This document shows positions 60,975 to 64,000 of a stretch of DNA of 64,000 nt, piece after piece. The position numbers and the translations under genes were made by a program. The DNA comes from Carcharhinus amblyrhynchos (Eukaryota). The notes under the pieces were generated by a model. It searched no databases. It was not told the origin of the DNA and was given only the letters and a program-made list of their open reading frames with translations. The stretch is taken from the NCBI GenBank assembly GCA_965287045.1, contig OZ336883.1, positions 15,872,001 to 15,936,000 on the forward strand, in the 5' to 3' direction. Each line of letters starts with the position of its first letter. Position 1 is the first letter of the stretch.

Positions 60975-62230
60975 TATGAACATACAAACATAGAAGATAG
61001 GAATGATAAAAGGCCATTTGGCCCCTCGAGCCTATTCCGCCATTCATCACAATTATGGCTGATCATCCAACTCAATAGCCTAATCCTGCTTTCTCCCCAT
61101 AATCTTTGATCCCATTCGCCCCAAGCACTATATCTAGCAGCCTCTTGAATACATTCAATGTTTTGGCATCAATTACGTCCTGTGGTAATAAAGTCCACAG
61201 GCTCACCACTCTTTGGGTGAAAAAATGTCTCCTCACCTCCGTCCTAAATGGTCTACACTACATCCTCAGACTGTGACCTCTAGTTCTGGACACCCCCACC
61301 ATCGGGAACATCCTCCCTGCAAGTTCCATAGCTAGAGGGGGAGCAGGGGGACCGACCGCTTCCCCTGAGCACGTTCTTCAAAAGCGGTGCCTTTTCAACA
61401 TTTGCAGTGCCGCCACTGCTGGGAGTGACATTTTTACACAGGAAGCTGCCATTGAAAACACTGAGCTGCAGATTGACAGCCAAGTGGGACGGGATTCCCG
61501 CTGCTGAAACCTTTCTCCCATCCGGAACCCCGCTGCTGCCTCAGGACCCAGGCATGGGAACCAAAGCCACTGGCCGGACATTTGTTGTCACTCCGCCCGG
61601 TGTCTGATAGACCCAGGGGAATCCCCACCCTCTTTAACGGCCTATTGTCCAATCAGAGCCACCCTCCTGTGACCGACAGTTCATTAAACAAATCAGCAAT
61701 TGAGACATCTGTTATCCAATTGCCACTCTGCATTGACTGAGTGGCAGCTGCTTTATCCAATCAGTAAGCTCCATCCATCTGAAATGAGCAAGAACAATGA
61801 CTGCGGCAATTCAGACCAATCGTAGAGCGATGTGCTCAGCGCAACACCCACCCACAATGTGATTGGCATCTGCAGCAGCCAATTGCTGTGTGCTGCTGTA
61901 ACGCAGTCACCAATCACAATGAATTTACTATTATTTGGTGTGGGCCGTGGCGCATTTTTTATGTGCTCGCTCCCCCTAACTTTAGAACCTGGCTACACCC
62001 TTGCTCCCTGCATTTACCCTATTCCCGTTAGAGATGAGATTCCCCCCTCATTCATTTGAGCTCCAGCAAAAACAACCTTAACCTCGTCAATCTCTCCTTA
62101 TACCTCAGTCCCGCCATCCCCAGAATCAGCCTTGCAAACCTTCGCTGCACTCCCTTGAGAGCAAGAACATCCTTCTTCAGAAAAGGAGGCCAAAACGGCA
62201 CACAATATTCTCAATGTGGCCTCACCACCA
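60975..62230 (-). mobile_element. CR1 3' fragment split by a DNA transposon
   Basis: CR1 tail 60975-61320 continues at 62004 (..ttgcaaaccttcgctgcac..). Confidence 0.88.
61321..62003. mobile_element. Non-autonomous hAT-like DNA transposon
   Basis: Direct repeat ctccctgc(a) at 61313 and 62004; right end reverse-complements to CAAGGGTGTAGCCAGGTTCTAAAGTTAGGGGGAGC, partly mirrored on the left (agttccatagctagagggggagc). Confidence 0.65.
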
Positions 62231-63142
62231 TATTGGTATTCTTCTCTCATTCTCCCCAATTTTAGATGTAGCTACTCAGTAACTCTGCATATTGCTGGTT
62301 AAAAATGAACACAGGCGGTATCGGCAGACTTAGCTCATCCAGTGAGTTGATTCAAGGCTGATCACAACACTGTTAAATAAGAAATGCAATCACATATAAC
62401 TGGCATATTTTATTGGTAAATTATCAGGCAAAATATTTTCATTTTTGTCACACATAAATTAGCATCCATGGCTTTGTATAACTAGCGATGATTTTATAAG
62501 TGGAATTCGCTATATCAAAAACTGCATCCATATAAATGTATTTTTCTTTATTTTGCCTGTATCTTACTCATAACATGAAGAATGAGGATGGTAAGCAATG
62601 CAAAATGTTAACACATTCTATATGTTAATGCATGCGGAAACTATTTCTTACTGCGATAGTGTCATTACAGGCACTGGTGGGTGAAAAGAATGGTGAGACA
62701 CCAACCGGCTACAGCATTAAGCAGAAAACCTGCGCAATGCAGATCTCCTACATTATCCTGACTAATGTGACTACACCAGCGTATCAGAACAATCCCCTCT
62801 CCTGAATAACTTTTCTTTCAAGTTACCATTTTCCCCTTCTACATTTCGCTTGCTTAGAGGCTTCTTTTTCTGCTAAGCCGCTGTGGATGCAGAATTGAAT
62901 TTTAGGTTCCCCTTCCCAGGGGTTGCTCTGAATACGAGGTACTTATGATGTGTTGCCGGAGGAGGGCCAGTCCTACAATGATGTTCGGTAGAGAGTTCCA
63001 GCATGGTGGCAGCAGTGTTTAGCATTACTACCTTACAGCACCAGGAACCTGGGTTTGATTTCCGGCTTGGGTCACTGTCGGTGCAAAGCTCATTGCAACT
63101 TCTTTTCATTTTGTAATAAATATATCAATGTATGATACCAAT

Positions 63143-63430
63143 GGCATGGTGGCACAGTGGTTAGCACTGCTGCCTCACAACGCCTAGGAACCAGGTTCAG
63201 TTGGGTCACTATTTGTGTGGAGTCTGCGTGTTCTCTCCATGACTACGTGGGTTTCCTCCAGGTGCTCCAGTTTCCTCCCACAGTTGGAAGGACATGCTGG
63301 TTGGGTGTATTGGCCGTGCTAAATTTTCCCTCAGTGTACCCGAACTGGCACCCGAGTGTCTGACAACTGGAGGATTTTCGCATTGTAGTGTTAATGTAAT
63401 GCTCTTTGTGACACTAATAAATAAACTTTA
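63143..63430 (+). mobile_element. V-SINE tail-2, preceded by a head-only fragment (62998-63085)
   Basis: Head, V-domain and tail-2 present. Confidence 0.88.
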
Positions 63431-63594
63431 AAATTTGGAGAGATGATGGTGTCCCCATAACACTGTTGATTTTTGTTCTGCTGCATAGTATAGGTTGCAA
63501 AGGAGGGAGAAGCTATTGAACTAATCTTGCTGAGTTGCTTTTCTGCACCTTACAATCATGTATAATGAAGTTTCTGCCTAAATGTAACTCCAGC

Positions 63595-64000
63595 CACAAA
63601 ATTGTATACAGTTTGGTTACTGGTACAGTTTTGGGCTCCTTACTTGAAAAAAGATATACTGGCACTGGGTGCGGAGGAGATTCACTCATCAATTCTGGAG
63701 TTGAGAGGGTTGGTTTATGAAGAGAGACTGAGGAGACTGGGACTATACTCATTGGAATTTAGAAGGATGGGGGAGATCTTATAGAAACATATAAGATTGT
63801 GATGGAAATAGGTAAGATAGAAGCAGAGCGGGTGTTTCTACTTGGGGGGGTGAAACTAGAATGAGGGGGTATAGCCTCAAAATAAGGGGAAGCAGATTTA
63901 GTACTGAGTTGAGGAGGAACTTCTTCACACAAAGGATTGTGAATCTATGGAATTCCCTCACCAATGAAGCAGTTGAGGCTACTTCATTGAATGTTTTTAA
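63595..64000 (+). mobile_element. CR1 ORF2 C-terminal fragment running off the window end
   Basis: VQFWAPYLKKDILAL..YEERLRRLGLYSLEFRR..RNFFTQRIVNLWNSL. Confidence 0.92.

Noticed and set aside
1-64000. Host protein-coding genes among the ORF track
   Set aside because: All ORFs are at most 175 aa; the recognisable ones are CR1, L2, Rex or Gypsy fragments or SINE read-throughs (the recurring QWLALLPHS peptides)
4388-64000. LINE orientation bias implying an intron of a + strand gene
   Set aside because: About 14 minus versus 10 plus CR1 pieces; too weak to support

Overview
Eukaryotic, repeat-dominated intergenic or intronic DNA, almost certainly from a shark or other elasmobranch. The basis is HE1-like V-SINEs, HER1-like CR1 LINEs and SacSINE1-like DeuSINEs recognised from memory; no database search was run. 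I can support no host protein-coding gene, rRNA, true tRNA or CRISPR array; every protein-like ORF is a decayed retroelement fragment. The window holds many CR1, L2 and Rex1/Babar LINE fragments, four SINE types, two decayed Gypsy proviruses, several solo LTRs, short MITEs, a hAT-like element, Penelope-like element (PLE) ends and a 140-bp N gap. Main points of interest: (1) a young 310-bp PLE insertion at 23118-23427 with a 13-bp TSD, forming a 130-bp near-perfect palindrome with an intact minimal hammerhead ribozyme on each strand, plus several decayed hammerheads from two covarying PLE families; (2) a V-SINE subfamily whose 3' tail shares a compensatory stem-loop with Rex1/Babar LINE ends, suggesting a change of partner LINE; (3) three local templated duplications, two of them embedded in broken SINEs; (4) several repeat-free, CpG-retaining islands that may be conserved regulatory elements. 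Boundaries of old repeats are approximate (about 10-30 bp).
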